The notes beneath the pieces were generated by a model. It made no database searches and was not told where the DNA came from. It worked only from the letters and a program-made list of their open reading frames with translations. A stretch of DNA of 64,000 bases from assembly GCA_003599255.1 (NCBI GenBank), contig QZJF01000005.1, positions 32,985 to 96,984 of the forward strand. The letters run 5' to 3'. The stretch comes from a candidate division WWE3 bacterium. GTDB lineage: Bacteria; Patescibacteriota; WWE3; UBA101185; UBA10185. The position numbers were made by a program, and so were the translations under genes. Below, piece by piece: positions 30,290 to 45,200 of this stretch. Positions within the stretch are counted from its first letter, which is position 1; each line of letters starts with the position of its first letter.

Positions 30290-33200
30290 TGAGAATCCAC
30301 CAGTCAAAACTTATATCCTGGAAGTGGGGGACATCCAGGCCAACCTTAAATGAAGTTCCATCTATCTTTTCTTTTACGATTAAAGCCTGGCCGTTTGTAC
30401 TGGATGTAGCGGTTACAAATATCTTTGATCCGGCCTTAACATTGGTATTAGCTATCAGGACTTCTGTTTGTCCTGCAGTTATTGTTCCGCTTCCTACCAA
30501 GGTCGAGGTACCTTTTACCGAGAACTCGTCTGCTACCACTTTCTCAGCATTTATAGTTCCATCAACAGTTAGTGTTCCGTTTGGTTCGAGAACAATCTTG
30601 CCATCAAATATATCCAGATTGCCTGAGAGTTCTTTTTGCAGATACAGAGTCTGTGCTTCACACAGAACCTGATTGGTTGTTCCAAGTGTTTCGTTGTAGC
30701 AGCTGGGTCCGACTATTCCAATGGAGTTGCTTAATGAATCTATTTCCACCAGTCCCGCCATCAGATCTCCGGTTACCACTAAGTTGGAAAGCGTGGTATC
30801 TCCGGTGACGTTAAGATCCGTAGTTACTGCCAGCTGACCGTCGTTGTTTTGTAATCCAAGTTCGCTGACCATGTCCTTGAAATCGTTGTAAAGGGTCTCG
30901 ATTTGGTTCAATATGCCCATTGGATCAGTGAGTAAAGTAAGCAGGTTAAATGATTCTGTTGATTCGGTAGATTCAGTTGACTCTGTCGATTCGGTGCTTT
31001 GAGTGCTAGAACCCATGCCTAGCAATTCCTTTATTAGCGCTACGTCGTTTTTTACGTTATCAACCTCTTCTTCCAGTGTGATAAAGTCATTTCCTAGGTT
31101 GTCATAGTTTTGGGTCAATTGAGCAAATTCTGATTCCAATGTGGTGATTCTTGTATCAAAACCGACCGTTGTGTCGGTTACTTGTTGATATGTATCCTGT
31201 ACGTCTGTTTGAAGTTGGGTGGTTATACCCATAACATCGCCAAAGCTGTCGATTTGAATCTGCTGTTCTTGTAGCGCTCCCAGAAGTACGACTCCTAGCC
31301 TGTCGTATTTCACACCCTTTGGTGTAATACCGTCTGCCTCATAGCTCACTAAGAATGGCATTACCTGTTCAACCTGTTCGGCGATCAAACCGAAGTCTTC
31401 CACATCAGGTGTAACTGTTGTGCTATTCCATTTAAAGGTTACGGGGTTGAGTTGTAGCACTGAATCAAGATTTATGTCCAGATCGCTTATATCTTTTTTG
31501 AATCTTTCGCTTGATGAAAGCTGAATCAGCTGATTGTTTGAATCAAAGTAGAGTGCCGTACCTGTTCCTGTAGGAATGTTGGAAACTCGGGCTGTTCCGT
31601 TTACATCCAATGTGTAACCGGGTTCAGAAGTTCCGATTCCTACATTTCCGCTCACAATCAGACCGTTGGTGGGTGCTGTGCTGACTCCTGCGTATGTGCC
31701 GAATGCGGCGTTTCCAAATACATCCAGTGTGTTTTGAGGTGTAGTGGTTCCGATTCCTATTCTGTCATTGGTTGTATCAAGATTTAACAGGTTGTTTCCA
31801 AAGTTCAAAGCCGTGGTGGAGGTGGCAAGTGACCACGCCTGTGCCTGATTTAGTGTCACTCCGCCTGCAGCATCAAGTACTACATCACCACTGTTGAATG
31901 TCCTTAGGGTAAGATTATTGCTTTCATGAGATTCTCCTACTTCAAGGTAGAGCGGTGCATAAGTTTTGATATAGCTGGAGGATTGACCGGTGAATTGAAT
32001 GTCATTTGCTATTGAAACATCTCCTGCTGCAGCGAAAGAGTGGGGGAGATAAGAAGTAATAACAGTCTGATTAATTGTAAACAGCTCACTATTGTCGTCG
32101 TATACGCCAAAGAGATTACCTCCATCAAGAGTGCCGTTTGATCCTATATTAATTTTGAACAGATCTCCGGTAGCGGTTGAAGAAGAGATAGGCGACCAGT
32201 CTATACTTGTTAGTGCCCCTGCCAGTGTGGTTGAAGTCGAAGATACCGATAGTCCTGTTCCCGTGGTCAGCCCGTCGAATGAGAATAGTGCGCCTGTACC
32301 TGTAGTTACGTTGTCTGCGAACACGCCTAGTGCACCTTGTGTAGTAGCGCTTCTAACATCAAGCTGGTAGCCAACTGCGGTGGTACCGATTCCCACATTT
32401 CCACTGACAAGCAACCCGTTTGCAGGAGCGGTGTCGGTTCCTGCATATGAACCGATTACAGCATTTCCTGATATATCGAGTTTGTTTTGTGGAGTAACTG
32501 TTCCTATCCCAACTCTTGCATTAGTGGTATCAAAGTTCATTAGTCCGGATTCAATATTAAGTGCCGTTGTTGAAGCTGCCAGATTAAGGCTCGCAGTATT
32601 TGAAGATATCCAGGTTCCTGCGTTTAGAGTAAGTGTGTCTGATGAGTCATCACCAAGTGTTGTGTCTCCGTTGACGTTGAGACCGTAATTAAAGGTAGAG
32701 TCATTTGTTCCTGATCCAATATTAAATATACTTCCGAACTGATCTCTAAAGTCGTAGGAAAGCCCATTAGTACCGTCTGCAAAGAATCTCATGGTACCGC
32801 TTCCAACACCAAGTGAATAAGTATCTATGGAAGTGTAGCTAGAATATCCGGATTCCTGAATTCGAAACCCGCCATTTATGTGAAGGGTATCCTGCGGACT
32901 TGAGTTTCCGATTCCCATTCTGGAGTTGATATTGTCCCAATAGAAATCCTGCGATGATGCCAGGGATGAACTTCCATCCCAGAATGATACTCTTCCTGCT
33001 ACACCTGTACCGGTAATTGTTCCACTGCCTGCTTCCGGAGAGCATTTCCAGACTTGCTGCGAAGAATCCCAGGTAAGAAGTTCTCCGTTACCGCAGCCAC
33101 CGAGTAATCTGAGTCCGTCTGCGGCAACCTCAAGTCCCGAATTTGATGCTGTGGTTGAAGTAGTAGACGTAGTAGCTACATCCAGTGACAAAGCCGTACC

Positions 33201-36200
33201 AGAAAGTATGAGTCCGTTTCCTACAAAATCTCCTATGGTTTCTCCTCCGAGTCTGATAGTTCCATTTACATCAAGTGTGGCTGCAGGGTTTGTTGTTCCG
33301 ATTCCAATGTTACCTGAAGTATTAATTACAAAGAATGGATTGGTTCCGGATGAAAGACCGTCTCCTATTGCAAATATGTCGTCATCTGTGCTGTCTGAGT
33401 CTTCCAGCACGCCCATCCAGAAATCGGTATCAGTACCGCTTTCTACATCGAACAACAATGTAGGATCATTGTCGTAAAGTACAAAATTGCCTCCCAAATC
33501 TGCTACGATATCTCCGGATCCGTAAGTTCTTAAGGTCAGATCATTATTTTCAAAACTCTCACCCGCAATTATTGTGAATGGTCCGTAACTTTCAATCTGG
33601 GAAGAAGTCTGATTTGTAAATATGGCATCGTAGGAGAACGATACGTCACCTGCTGAAGAGAAAGTATGTGGCAAGTAGGAGGTTATTTGCGACTGTGTAA
33701 TCGTGAACAATGGAGAATTGTCATCATAAACTGCAAACAGGTTTCCGGTAAGTGAGCCGTTTGATCCTATGTTTATACTGAACAGATCTCCGGATGCTGT
33801 GGCCGATGATAACGGTGACCAGTCAACTGCCGCCAGAGTTCCGGTTGAGAATGCAGTTGAAGTAGAGCTTATTGATAGACCGGTTCCTGTTGTCAGCCCG
33901 TCAAAAGAGAATAGAGCTCCGGTTCCTGTGGTTACAGAATCTGCAAATACTCCCAGGCCCCCTGTAGTTGACCCGCTGAACACTTCGAGCATATATGACG
34001 GATTGGTTGTTCCCACACCTACATTGGTTCCGTCGTCATAAAGAATGCCTGTGGAAAGGGTATTGTTATCGGTCCACCTCGCTACGTAATTAGCAATTCC
34101 GGTTCCGTCCGTGATATTGAGAAGGGGAGCAGTGGAGGCGGAAGTAAGTCTTCCTTCGGCATCTACGGTTACTATCGGAATTCCCGTAGTAGATCCGTAT
34201 GTTCCGGCTGCTACTCCGGTATCAGAAAGATCAATGGTTCCGGTAGAGTCGATTGTTGCATCTCCGCCCATGGCCTTAACATTCCATCCGGTTCCGGTTC
34301 CGATCAGAAGTGAACCCGATGGAGCGGTTGAAGTATCAAGTCCCGTACCTCCGTTAGTAGTTCCCAAAACATTGCTTACATTTAATGAACTGGAAAGATC
34401 GATTGCGCTTTGGGTTAGGACCTGCGATCCATCCAACGAAAGGTATGTAGCGGTGCCGGCCAGCTGAAGGGCAGGATGTGTGTCCGATGCTAAAGAGTAG
34501 TTTAAGAAATTAGCGTCCAAGTCATTAAGCACCGCCTGCACATTTGTGCTGTTTGAAAAATCGAATTCATCATTAACTCCTACTAAATATGCGCCGGAAG
34601 TTGTTGGAGCGGAAGTGCTACTCAGTCCGATCGAACCTATCAATAGATCGGAGCCCGAGGCTATTCTAATATCACCGTTTACGTCCAGAGTGAACGCAGG
34701 TGCGGTTGTTCCAAGTCCTAATCTGCCGGTACTGGTATCCCAGAAGAAACTGTCGCTGCCCGTTATTGAGGAAGTTCCATCCCAGAAAGCAACTTGTCCT
34801 ATTGAGCCCGATCCTGTAAGCCCGGCTGCAACAGATGAACATTTCCAAACTTCCTGTGAAGTATCCCAGGTTAGTGCTTCCCCGTTTGAACAGCCACCCA
34901 GTAATCTGAGTCCATCCGCGGTTACTTCGAGCCCTGAGTTTGAAGCTGTTGTAGAGGTTGTAGAAGTTGTTGTCACATCCAGTGACAGGGCAGTACCGGA
35001 CACTATTAAACCGTCACCGACAAAGTCTCCTATAGATTCTCCGCCGATATCAATTTGCCCTAATGAAGCAGTGTTTCCGTAAATAGTCCCGTCAATTTCC
35101 AGGTTTCCAAACACGTATAAATCTTCAGCTGCTGAAGCATTGTCAAACGTGTATCCCGAATCGGGGGCAACATAGAGATCCCCGCCAACGGCATGAAGTA
35201 TCGCATCCGGTGCCGTTGTACCGAGTCCCAATCTGCTTGTTCCGCTATCCCAGAATAAACTATCGTTGCCTGTTAGCGATGTAGAGCCGTCCCAAAAAGC
35301 GACTTGTCCCGCAGTTCCTGAGCCGGAAAGTCCTGCGGCAACCGCTGTACAATCCCAAACCTCTCTTGATGAATCCCAAATAAGGGCTTCTCCGTCAGCG
35401 CATCCACCTAATAATCTTAGTCCATCCGCTGTTACCTCAAGACCGGAGTTTGCCGCAGTAGTGGAGGTGGTGGAAGTTGTTGTCACATCCAATGACAGGG
35501 CAGTACCGGACACTATTAAACCGCTTCCTACAAAATCACCTATGGTTTCACCCCCGAGTCTGATCGCCCCGTTAATTTCAAGTTTTGCTGCAGGATTGGT
35601 TGTTCCTATACCTATATCACCGGAGGTTGTAATAGCAAAGAATGGATTGGTGCCCGATGAGGTTCCGTCGCCGATTACCAGCAAGTCGTTGTCGGTGTTA
35701 TCCGAATTTTCAAGTATTCCCATCCAGAAGTCGGTATCTGTTGCGGTTTCTGTGTCAAAGACTAAGGTTGGATCGTTGTCGTAAAGTACAAAATTACCTC
35801 CAAGGTCGGCAATAATGTTTCCGGTGCCGTAAGTTCTTAGAGTTAAATTATTGCTTTCAAAGCTTTCACCGGCAATTATGGAGAACGGGCCGTAGCTTTC
35901 TATCTGAGCAGAAGTCTGATTTGTAAATATTGCGTCATAGGAGAACGAAACATCCCCTGCCGCAGTAAACACGTGGGGAACCGCAGATTCAATCTGATTT
36001 TGTTGAACGGTAAATACTGCAGCACCGTCGTCGTAAACCGCAAATAAGTTTCCGGTTAATGAGCCGTTGGACCCAATGTTTATGCTAAACAGATCTCCGG
36101 ATGCTGTAGCGGAGGACAATGGCGACCAGTCAACTGCAGCAAGAGTGCCGGTTGAAAAACTGGAAGAGGTAGAACTGATGGATAGTCCTGTACCGGTTGT

Positions 36201-39200
36201 CAGGCCATCAAATGAGAAGAGTGCTCCAGTGCCTGTTGTTACTGAATCGGCAAACACACCAAGCCCCCCTGTTGTTGATCCGCTGTAAACATCGAGAATG
36301 TAGGCTGGGTTGGTGGTGCCGACACCAACGTTTGTGCCATTGTCATAAAGAATTCCTGTGGAGAGTGTATTTTCATCAGTCCACCTCGCAACATAATTTG
36401 TTATACCTGTTCCGTCGGTAACATTGAGAAGGGGAGCAGTGGACGCGGAGGTAAGTCTACCTTCAGCATCTACGGTTATTATTGGAATGCCGGTTGCAGA
36501 TCCATAGGTTCCTGCTCCAACGCCTGTATCTGAAAGGTCCAATGTACCGGTACTGTCTATTGTGGCATCACCGCCCATAGCTTTTACATTCCATCCGGTT
36601 CCTGTGCCAAGTAAAATGGAGCCTGATGGTGCGGTAGATGTATCAAGACCTGTGCCGCCGTAGGCGACTCCGAGTTGATTTGAAACATTTGAAGTATTTG
36701 ATAAATCTATAGCGCTTTGAGTCAATATCTGTGAAGCCGCGCTCAATGAAAGGTAGTTGGCGGTTCCTGCAAGCTGAAGCGCCGGATGTGTATCTCCTGC
36801 AAGTGAGTAATTTAAGAAATTCGCATCAAGATCATTGAGAACAGCTTGTACATTAGTACTATTTGAGAAGTCAAACTCATCGTTGACCCCGATAATATAT
36901 GCACCGGAAGTAGTTGGGGCAGAAGTGCTGCTTAACCCAATTGATCCAACAAAGAAATCCGAACCGGATGCAACCCTTACATCACCGTTCACATCAAGTG
37001 TGAATGCCGGTGCGGTTGTTCCAAGGCCGAGTCTGCTGGTATTGCTGTCCCAGAAGAAGCTATCGCTACCAGTTATTGAGGAGGTTCCATCCCAGAAAGC
37101 AACTTGACCTATTGTACCTGCGCCAGTGAGCCCTGCTGCAACCGAGGAGCATTTCCACACTTGCAGGGTAGTGTCCCAGGTAAGTGCTTCACCGTTCGAA
37201 CAGCCGCCCAGAAGTCTAAGACCATCTGCTGTTACTTCTAATCCGGAATTTGATGCAGTAACTGATGTTGTTCCGGTTGTTGTTGCGTCGATCGTTATGT
37301 CATTGGCGTTTACCGTTATTCCGTCTCCGGCCCCTATGTCCAGGGTAAGTACTCCTGTTGTCCCGCCACCGGTCAATCCGGATCCTGCGGTAACGCCGGT
37401 AGTTGCGTAGGTACTAACGTTTGACGAGTCTACTATGACATCAGATCCCCAGTACAAGTCACCGGTAGGTGAGCCTGCTGCTGCGGAAGTGTTCAATATA
37501 TTATTTGTACCCGCAGTACCAAGTCTTATTCCACCGCTTACATCCAGTCTCTCAACAGGGTTTGTGGTACCTATTCCTACATACCCGCTGCCATCGATAA
37601 GAAGTCTTTTAAGAGTAGATTGGCCATCAGAAATCCAGAATTCACCCTGTGTTGTGGCGGTACCGGACCCATCGACCCCTAAATTCCAGGTTCTGATATT
37701 GCTTCTAAGCGCTATGTCGATACCGGTTGTTTGGTTAAACCCATCAGCCAGTATGGCAGTTCCAACTCCAACCACATGAAGTTCTTGATTGGGGTTTGTT
37801 GTACCGATTCCGAAGTAAGTGCCAGTGTCATATGCAATTCCTGTAGATAAAGTATTGCTATCAATCCATCTGGCAACGTAATTGGCAATACCACTGCCAT
37901 CTGTGATATTAAGCAAAGGTGAGGTTGATGCGGCAGTAAGCCTGCCTTCGGAATCTACAGTGATTACTGGTATTCCGGTTGCAGATCCATATGTACCTGC
38001 TCCCACTCCTGTATCGGAAAGATCCAGAGTTCCTGTTGAGTCTATCGTTGCGTCTCCGCCCATAGCCTTAACATTCCATCCTGTTCCTGTACCTATGAGT
38101 AATGTTCCTGAAGGAGCGGTTGAAGTATCAAGTCCGGTACCACCGTAAGCTACTCCCAATTGATTTGAAACGTTAGACGTGTTTGAAAGGTCAATGGCGC
38201 TTTGAGTCAGCACCTGCGACCCATTAAGTGAAAGGTAATTGGCAGTACCTGCGAGCTGAAGAGCAGGGTGTGTGTCAGCAGCCAAAGAGTAGTTTAAGAA
38301 GTTGGCATCAAAGTCATTTAGAACGGCCTGAACATTTGTGCTATTCGAGAAATCGAATTCATCATTTACCCCTATTAAATACGCACCAGATGTTGTTGGG
38401 GCGGAAGTGCTGCTAAGTCCAATTGAGCCAACAAAGAAATCTGATCCGGATGCAACCCTTACATCACCATTAACATCGAGTTTGAATGCAGGGGCTGTTG
38501 TTCCGAGTCCTAATAGTGTTCCTGTATCGTAGAGAAGCCCTGTGGATAATGTATTGTCATCGGTCCATCTGGCAACGTAATTTGCAATGCCGCTTCCGTC
38601 AGTAATATTAAGAAGGGGAGCGGTGGACGCGGAGGTAAGCCTGCCTTCGGCATCTACAGTGAAAACAGGTATTCCTGTGGATGATCCATATGTTCCTGCA
38701 CCTACTCCGGTATCGGAAAGGTCCAGTGTTCCTGTTGAGTCTATTGTTGCGTCTCCGCCCATGGCTTTTACATTCCATCCGGTTCCGGTCCCGATCAAGA
38801 GAGTTCCTGAAGGAGCGGTTGAAGTATCAAGTCCTGTACCTCCGTAAGCTACTCCAAGCTGGTTAGTGACATTTGAGGTGTTCGAAAGATCTATCGCACT
38901 TTGTGTCAATATTTGTGAAGCGGCGTCCAATGAAAGGTAGTTGGCGGTGCCGGCTAGTTGAAGGGCAGGATGTGTATCTCCTGCGAGAGAGTAGTTTAAG
39001 AAATTGGCGTCCAGGTCATTCAATACTGCCTGCACATTTGTACTGTTCGAGAAATCAAACTCATCATTAACTCCTACTAAATATGCACCTGAGGTGGTTG
39101 GAGCAGAAGTGCTGCTTAATCCAATTGAACCTACAAAGAAGTCTGAGCCTGAAGCAACTCTAACATCGCCATTCACATCAAGAGCAAATGCCGGTGCTGT

Positions 39201-42200
39201 GGTACCAATTCCAAGTCTGTTTAGAGATGAATCCCAGAAAAAGCTATCACTTCCGGTCAAAGAAGAAGTTCCATTCCAGAATGTTACCTGGCCGATAGCT
39301 CCCGATCCGCTAACTGCACCAACACCTGAAACGGAGTTGCACTCCCACCTGTCAGCTCCTGCGTTCCAGACCAATAGCTCATTGTCTGAACATCCGCCAA
39401 GAAGTCTAAGTCCGTCCGCTGTTACTTCAAGACCCGAATTTGAGGCTGTTGTTGAGGTTGTTCCTGTGGTAGTTGCATCTATAGTTATGTCATCTGTATT
39501 AACAGTTATCCCATCCCCGGCGCCGACATTAAGGGTTAATGACCCCGGACCTGTTCCGACATTTGTCAGTCCGTCACCCCCAAACACCGAGGTTACTGCA
39601 TAAGAAGATACATTGTTACTGTCAACCAAAGTGCCTGATCTACCTTGTAGCAGATTTAGTTCTGAAGTAGTAATAAGTGCGCCGTTAAGAATATTTATTT
39701 CGGATGCGTCTGCCGTAACTTGAGTTCCGTTTAGATAGAGCGAGGTCATGTTGACGGCTCCGTTAACGTCCAAAGTATAAGAAGAGCCCGGATTGGTAGT
39801 GCCAATTCCGACTCTGGTTCCGTTGTCATAAATAACACCTGTGGAAAGTGTGTTTTCATCGATCCATCTGGCCACATAATTTGTAATACCGGTTCCGTCA
39901 GTGAAGTTAAGTATCGGAGCTGTTGAGGCAGCTGTTAATCTCCCTTCGGCGTCGACTGTGAATACCGGAATGCCTGTTGATGATCCGTATGTACCTGCGC
40001 CTACTCCGGTATCGGAAAGGTCCAGTGTTCCCGTTGAGTCTATAGTTGCGTCGCCGCCCATGGCTTTGACGTTCCATCCTGTGCCTGTGCCAATTAATAA
40101 TGTTCCGGATGGTGCAGTCGAGGTATCAAGACCGGTACCGCCGTATGCAACTCCAAGCTGATTTGAAACGTTAGAGGTATTGGACAAATCTATGGCACTC
40201 TGGGTCAAAACCTGTGATGCTGCATTCAAAGAAAGATAGTTGGCTGTACCTGCTAACTGAAGTGCAGGATGTGTGTCCGATGCTAAAGAGTAGTTTAAGA
40301 AATTGGCGTCCAGGTCATTTAGTACTGCCTGAACATTTGTGCTGTTCGAGAAATCAAACTCATCATTAACTCCCACTAAATATGCACCGGATGTGGTTGG
40401 AGCGGAAGTGCTGCTGAGACCTATGGAACCTACCAGGAAGTCCGAACCTGATGCAACCCTTACATCACCGTTTACATCAAGTGCAAAAGCCGGCGCTGTA
40501 GTACCTATACCCAGTCTGCTAAGCGTTGAATCCCAGAAGAAATTATCGCTTCCGGTTAATGACGATGTACCGTTCCAGAAAGTAACTTGTCCTGCAGATC
40601 CCGATCCGCTTACCGCACCCACGCCTGAAACGGAGTTGCATTCCCATCTGTCAGCACCAGCATTCCAGACTAACAACTCGTTGTTTGAACATCCCCCCAG
40701 TAGTCTGAGACCACTTGCAGTAACTTCCAACCCTGAGTTTGATGCAGTTGTTGAGGTTGTTCCGGTCGTAGTTGCATCTATTGTTATGTCATCTGCGTTT
40801 ACTGTGATGCCGTCTCCCGCACCTACGTTCAAAGTTAATGATCCCGGTCCTGTACCAACATTTGTTAAGCCATTTCCGCCCAAAACTGATGTGACAGCAT
40901 AAGAAGAAACATTGTTGCTATCCAGCAATGTGCCTGATCTTCCCTGTAAAAGATTAAGTTCGGTTACGGTAATCAGTGCGCCGTCCAGTATGTTCAATTC
41001 GGCCGCAGTTGAGGTAACCTGTGACCCGTTGAGATACAAAGCAGTAGTGTTTACGGCACCGTTCACATCCAAAGCGTATGTTGCCCCGGGGTTTGTAGTG
41101 CCGATTCCAACTCTGGTTCCGGTGTCATATATAACTCCGGTTGCGAGAGTATTGTTGTCGGTCCATCTGGCAACATAATTTGCAAGTCCCGTTCCGTCTA
41201 CAATATTCAGGAGTGGGGAAGTGGTCACGGATGTTAATCGTCCTTTTGAATCAACCGTGATTACGGGAACACTTGTTGAGGATCCGTAGGTTGCAGCTGT
41301 AACACCTGTATTGGCTAATGTCAGAGTACCTGTTGAATCTATTGTTGCATCTCCTCCCATGGCTTTAACGTTCCATCCGGTTCCGGTACCAAGCAGAAGT
41401 GTTCCGGAAGGAGCTGTAGAAGTATCAAGTCCGGTACCGCCGTAAGCAACACCAAGCTGATTAGAAACATTTGAAGTATTAGAAAGATCAATGGCATTTT
41501 GAGTTAAAACCTGAGAAGGGCCGTTCAAAGAAAGATAATTTGCCGTTCCTGCAAGTTGTAATGCAGGATGTGAATCTCCGGCCAAAGTACCGAACTGAGC
41601 GTCCAGATCATTAAGCACTGCCTGTACATTTGTTGAATCTGAGTAAGTAAATTCATCATTTACACCGATGAGATAGGCACCGGAAGTGGTTGGTGCAGAA
41701 GTGCTGCTTAGTCCAATTGAGCCTATCAATAAATCGGAGCCTGCGGCAATTCTAATATCGCCGTTTACGTCCAGAGCGAAGGCAGGAGCGGTTGTGCCTA
41801 ATCCAAGTCTGTTTGTGTTGTTGTCCCAGAAGAAGCTGTCGCTGCCGGTTATTGATGAGGTTCCATTCCAGAACGTCACTTGTCCGGTTGCTCCTGATCC
41901 GTTGACAGCGCCAATTCCTGAAACTGAGTTGCATTCCCATCTGTCTGCTCCGGCGTTCCATACTAAGAGCTCACTGTTAGAGCATCCGCCGAGTAATCTA
42001 AGTCCGTCTGCAGTCACTTCCAATCCTGAATTTGATGCAGTAGTTGAGGTTGTTCCGGTTGTGGTCGCATCGATTGTAATGTCATCAGCATTAACGGTGA
42101 TGCCGTTGCCCGCACCGACATTTAGTGTCAGAGATCCCGGACCTGTTCCTGCATTTGTTAATCCACTGCCGCCAAGGACAGAGGTTACAGCATAGGAAGA

Positions 42201-45200
42201 CACATTGTTGCTATCGAGTAAAGTACCGGAGCGGCCTTGCAATAGATTGAGTTCGGAAGTCGTAATTAAAGCACCGTCCAAAATGTTGAGTTCTGCCGCC
42301 GATGAGGTAACCTGTGAACCGGAAAGATATAAGGAAGTCGTATTTATTGCTCCGTTTACATCTAAAGCATATGTGCTATTAGGGCTTGTGGTTCCTATAC
42401 CGACAACGCCGTTTGTATCTATGACAAAGGGTGTTAAATCTCCAGCCGAATCATTAACCAGAAAAGCGTATCCCGAAGGAGCTGTACTCGTAATAGTGAA
42501 TAATCCGCCATCTACATCAAAGAAGAATGGGGAAGTGCTGTCTTCGCCGCCGATTGCTACATCATCCGTGGTAGCTGTTAAAAATGTTATTGCGCCGTTG
42601 TCAGTCCATTTGGAAGCTCCTGCACCTATTGCTGCGTCCAAGTCATTGAGAACAGCTTGTACATTTGTAGCGTTGCTGTTATTAAATTCATCAAAGACTC
42701 CTACGACATAAGCGCCGGATGCAGTAGCACTGGCCGAGTCACCGATACCGATATTTCCGATTATGAAGTCGGAACCTGATGCAACCCTCACATCTCCGTT
42801 TACGTCAACTGCATATGCAGGAGCAGTGGTTCCTATGCCCAGTCTGCTAAGAGTTGAATCCCAGAAAAAGTTATCACTTCCGGTTAAGGACGATGTACCG
42901 TTCCAGAAAGTAACCTGCCCTGTTGCTCCGGATCCGTTGACTGCACCGACACCTGATACAGAATTGCATTCCCATCTATCGGCAAGTGCGTTCCAGACTA
43001 ACAGTTCGTTATTTGAACATCCTCCGATCATTCTTAAACCGGAAGCTGTTACTTCCAACCCCGAATTCGAAGCAGTTGTAGAAGTTGCACCGGTTGTAGT
43101 TGCGTCTATGGTGATGTCATTAGCATTAACGGTAATCCCGTCACCTGCGCCGATGTCGAGAGTTAATGCCCCTGTGGTGCCGCCGCCGGTTAAACCTGAT
43201 CCTGCAGTTACTGCGGTTGTAGCATAAGAACTGACATTGGACGAATCCACCAAGGTTCTTGTGCCCCAGAACAGATCTCCGGTGGGGGATCCTGCGGCTG
43301 CTGATGTATTTAAAACATTGTTTAGTCCTGCTGTCCCCAGTCTGATCGCTCCTGTTACGTCAAGTATTTCAGAAGGACTTGATGTTCCCACACCTACACT
43401 TGTGCCATTGTCAAAAAGTATTCCTGTGGAAAGATTTGTGGGGTCAGTCCATCGCGCTACATAATTTGCGATTCCTGTTCCGCCTAAAGATTGTGATATA
43501 GGGGCCGTGCTGGCAGAAGTAATTCGACCTTTTGCATCTACTGTTATGACAGGAATACCTGTAGTGGATCCGTAGGTTGCCGCGGAGACTCCGGTATTTG
43601 CAAGAGTAAGTGTGCCGGTAGAGTCAATGGCTGCATCTCCGCCCATTGCTTTTACATTCCAACCTGTGCCTGTGCCGATTAAAAGAGTTCCGGACGGTGC
43701 AGTGGAGGTATCAAGACCTGTACCACCGTATGCAACACCGAGTTGATTTGAAACATTAGACGTATTGGAAAGATCTATTGCACTTTGAGTTAGAACTTGT
43801 GACGCTGCGTTAAGTGATAAATAGTTTGCGGTGCCTGCTAATTGAAGTGCAGGGTGCGTATCCCCGGATAGAGTAGAGAGCTGCGCATCCAGATCGTCCA
43901 GCACATCCTGAACTGTGGTACCTGCGGAATAAGTAAATTCATCAAAGACTCCTACTCTTGACGCACCCGAGTCTGTATTTGAAGTGCCTGTATCGTTGAG
44001 TCCGATTGTCCCTATGTATAGATCCGAGCCGGAGGCAATTCTTATGTCTCCGTTCACATCAAGTGCGTAAGCGGGAGCCGTTGTACCGATACCAAGTCTG
44101 CTGGTGTTGCTGTCCCAGAAGAATGCGTCAGTTCCTGTTACAGATGAAGTGCCGTTCCAATAGGTTACCTGACCGGCTGATCCGGACCCGCTTACTGCTC
44201 CCACTCCTGAAACCGAGTTGCATTCCCATCTGTCGGCACCCGCGTTCCATACGAGCAGCTGGTTATTTGCGCATCCTCCCAGCATTCTTAAACCTGATGC
44301 TGTCACTTCCAGCCCTGAATTAGATGCTGTAGTTGAAGTTGCACCGGTCGTGGTCGCGTCAATCGTTATGTCGTCCGCGTTGACTGTTATGCCGTTTCCG
44401 GCTCCCACATTAAGAGTTAAAGATCCGGGGCCGGTTCCTACATTTGTTAAACCATTTCCGCCTAAAACCGAGGTTACTGCGTACGATGCAATGTTATTGT
44501 TATCCAGAAGTGTTCCCGTACGACCGGAAAGGAGATTGAGTTCCGATGTGGTAACAAGTGCGCCGTCAAGAATGTTCAATTCCGAAGCATCCGCAGTAAT
44601 CTGGGAATCATTCAGGTAGAGTGCAGTCATGTTTACCGGTCCATTTACATCAAGTGTGTAGGTAGGGTCAGGACTAGTTGTACCGATACCAACTGTTGTG
44701 CCGTTGTCATAGATGATGCCTGTTGTCAGAGAATTGCTGTCTGTCCATCTTGCCACATAGTTTGTTAGCCCGGTTCCGTCAACTATGTTTATAAGAGGGG
44801 AAGTGGCTGCGGAAGTTATTCTTCCCTCAGCATCAACTGTAACTACCGGTATACCTGTTGATGATCCGTATGTACCCGCTGCGACTCCGGTATCGGAAAG
44901 ATCCAGTGTTCCGGTATTGTCTATTGTCGCGTCACCTCCCATGGCTTTCACATTCCAACCGGTTCCGGTGCCGATCAGGAGAGTTCCCGAAGGGGCGGTT
45001 GATGTGTTAAGGCCGGTACCCCCGTATGCTACACCCAATTGGTTGGAGACATTTGAAGTATTTGAAAGATCTATGGCGCTTTGAGTTAGCACCTGTGAAG
45101 CTGCGTTAAGCGACAGATAATTTGCGGTGCCCGCCAACTGCAGTGCCGGGTGTGTATCTCCCGACAGAGTAGAGAGTTGTGCATCTAAATCGTCAAGTAC

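Noticed and set aside
30951-31008. Phase-variable microsatellite at the STES repeat
   Set aside because: The 9-bp units differ at synonymous positions, so it is a selected peptide linker rather than a slippage tract.
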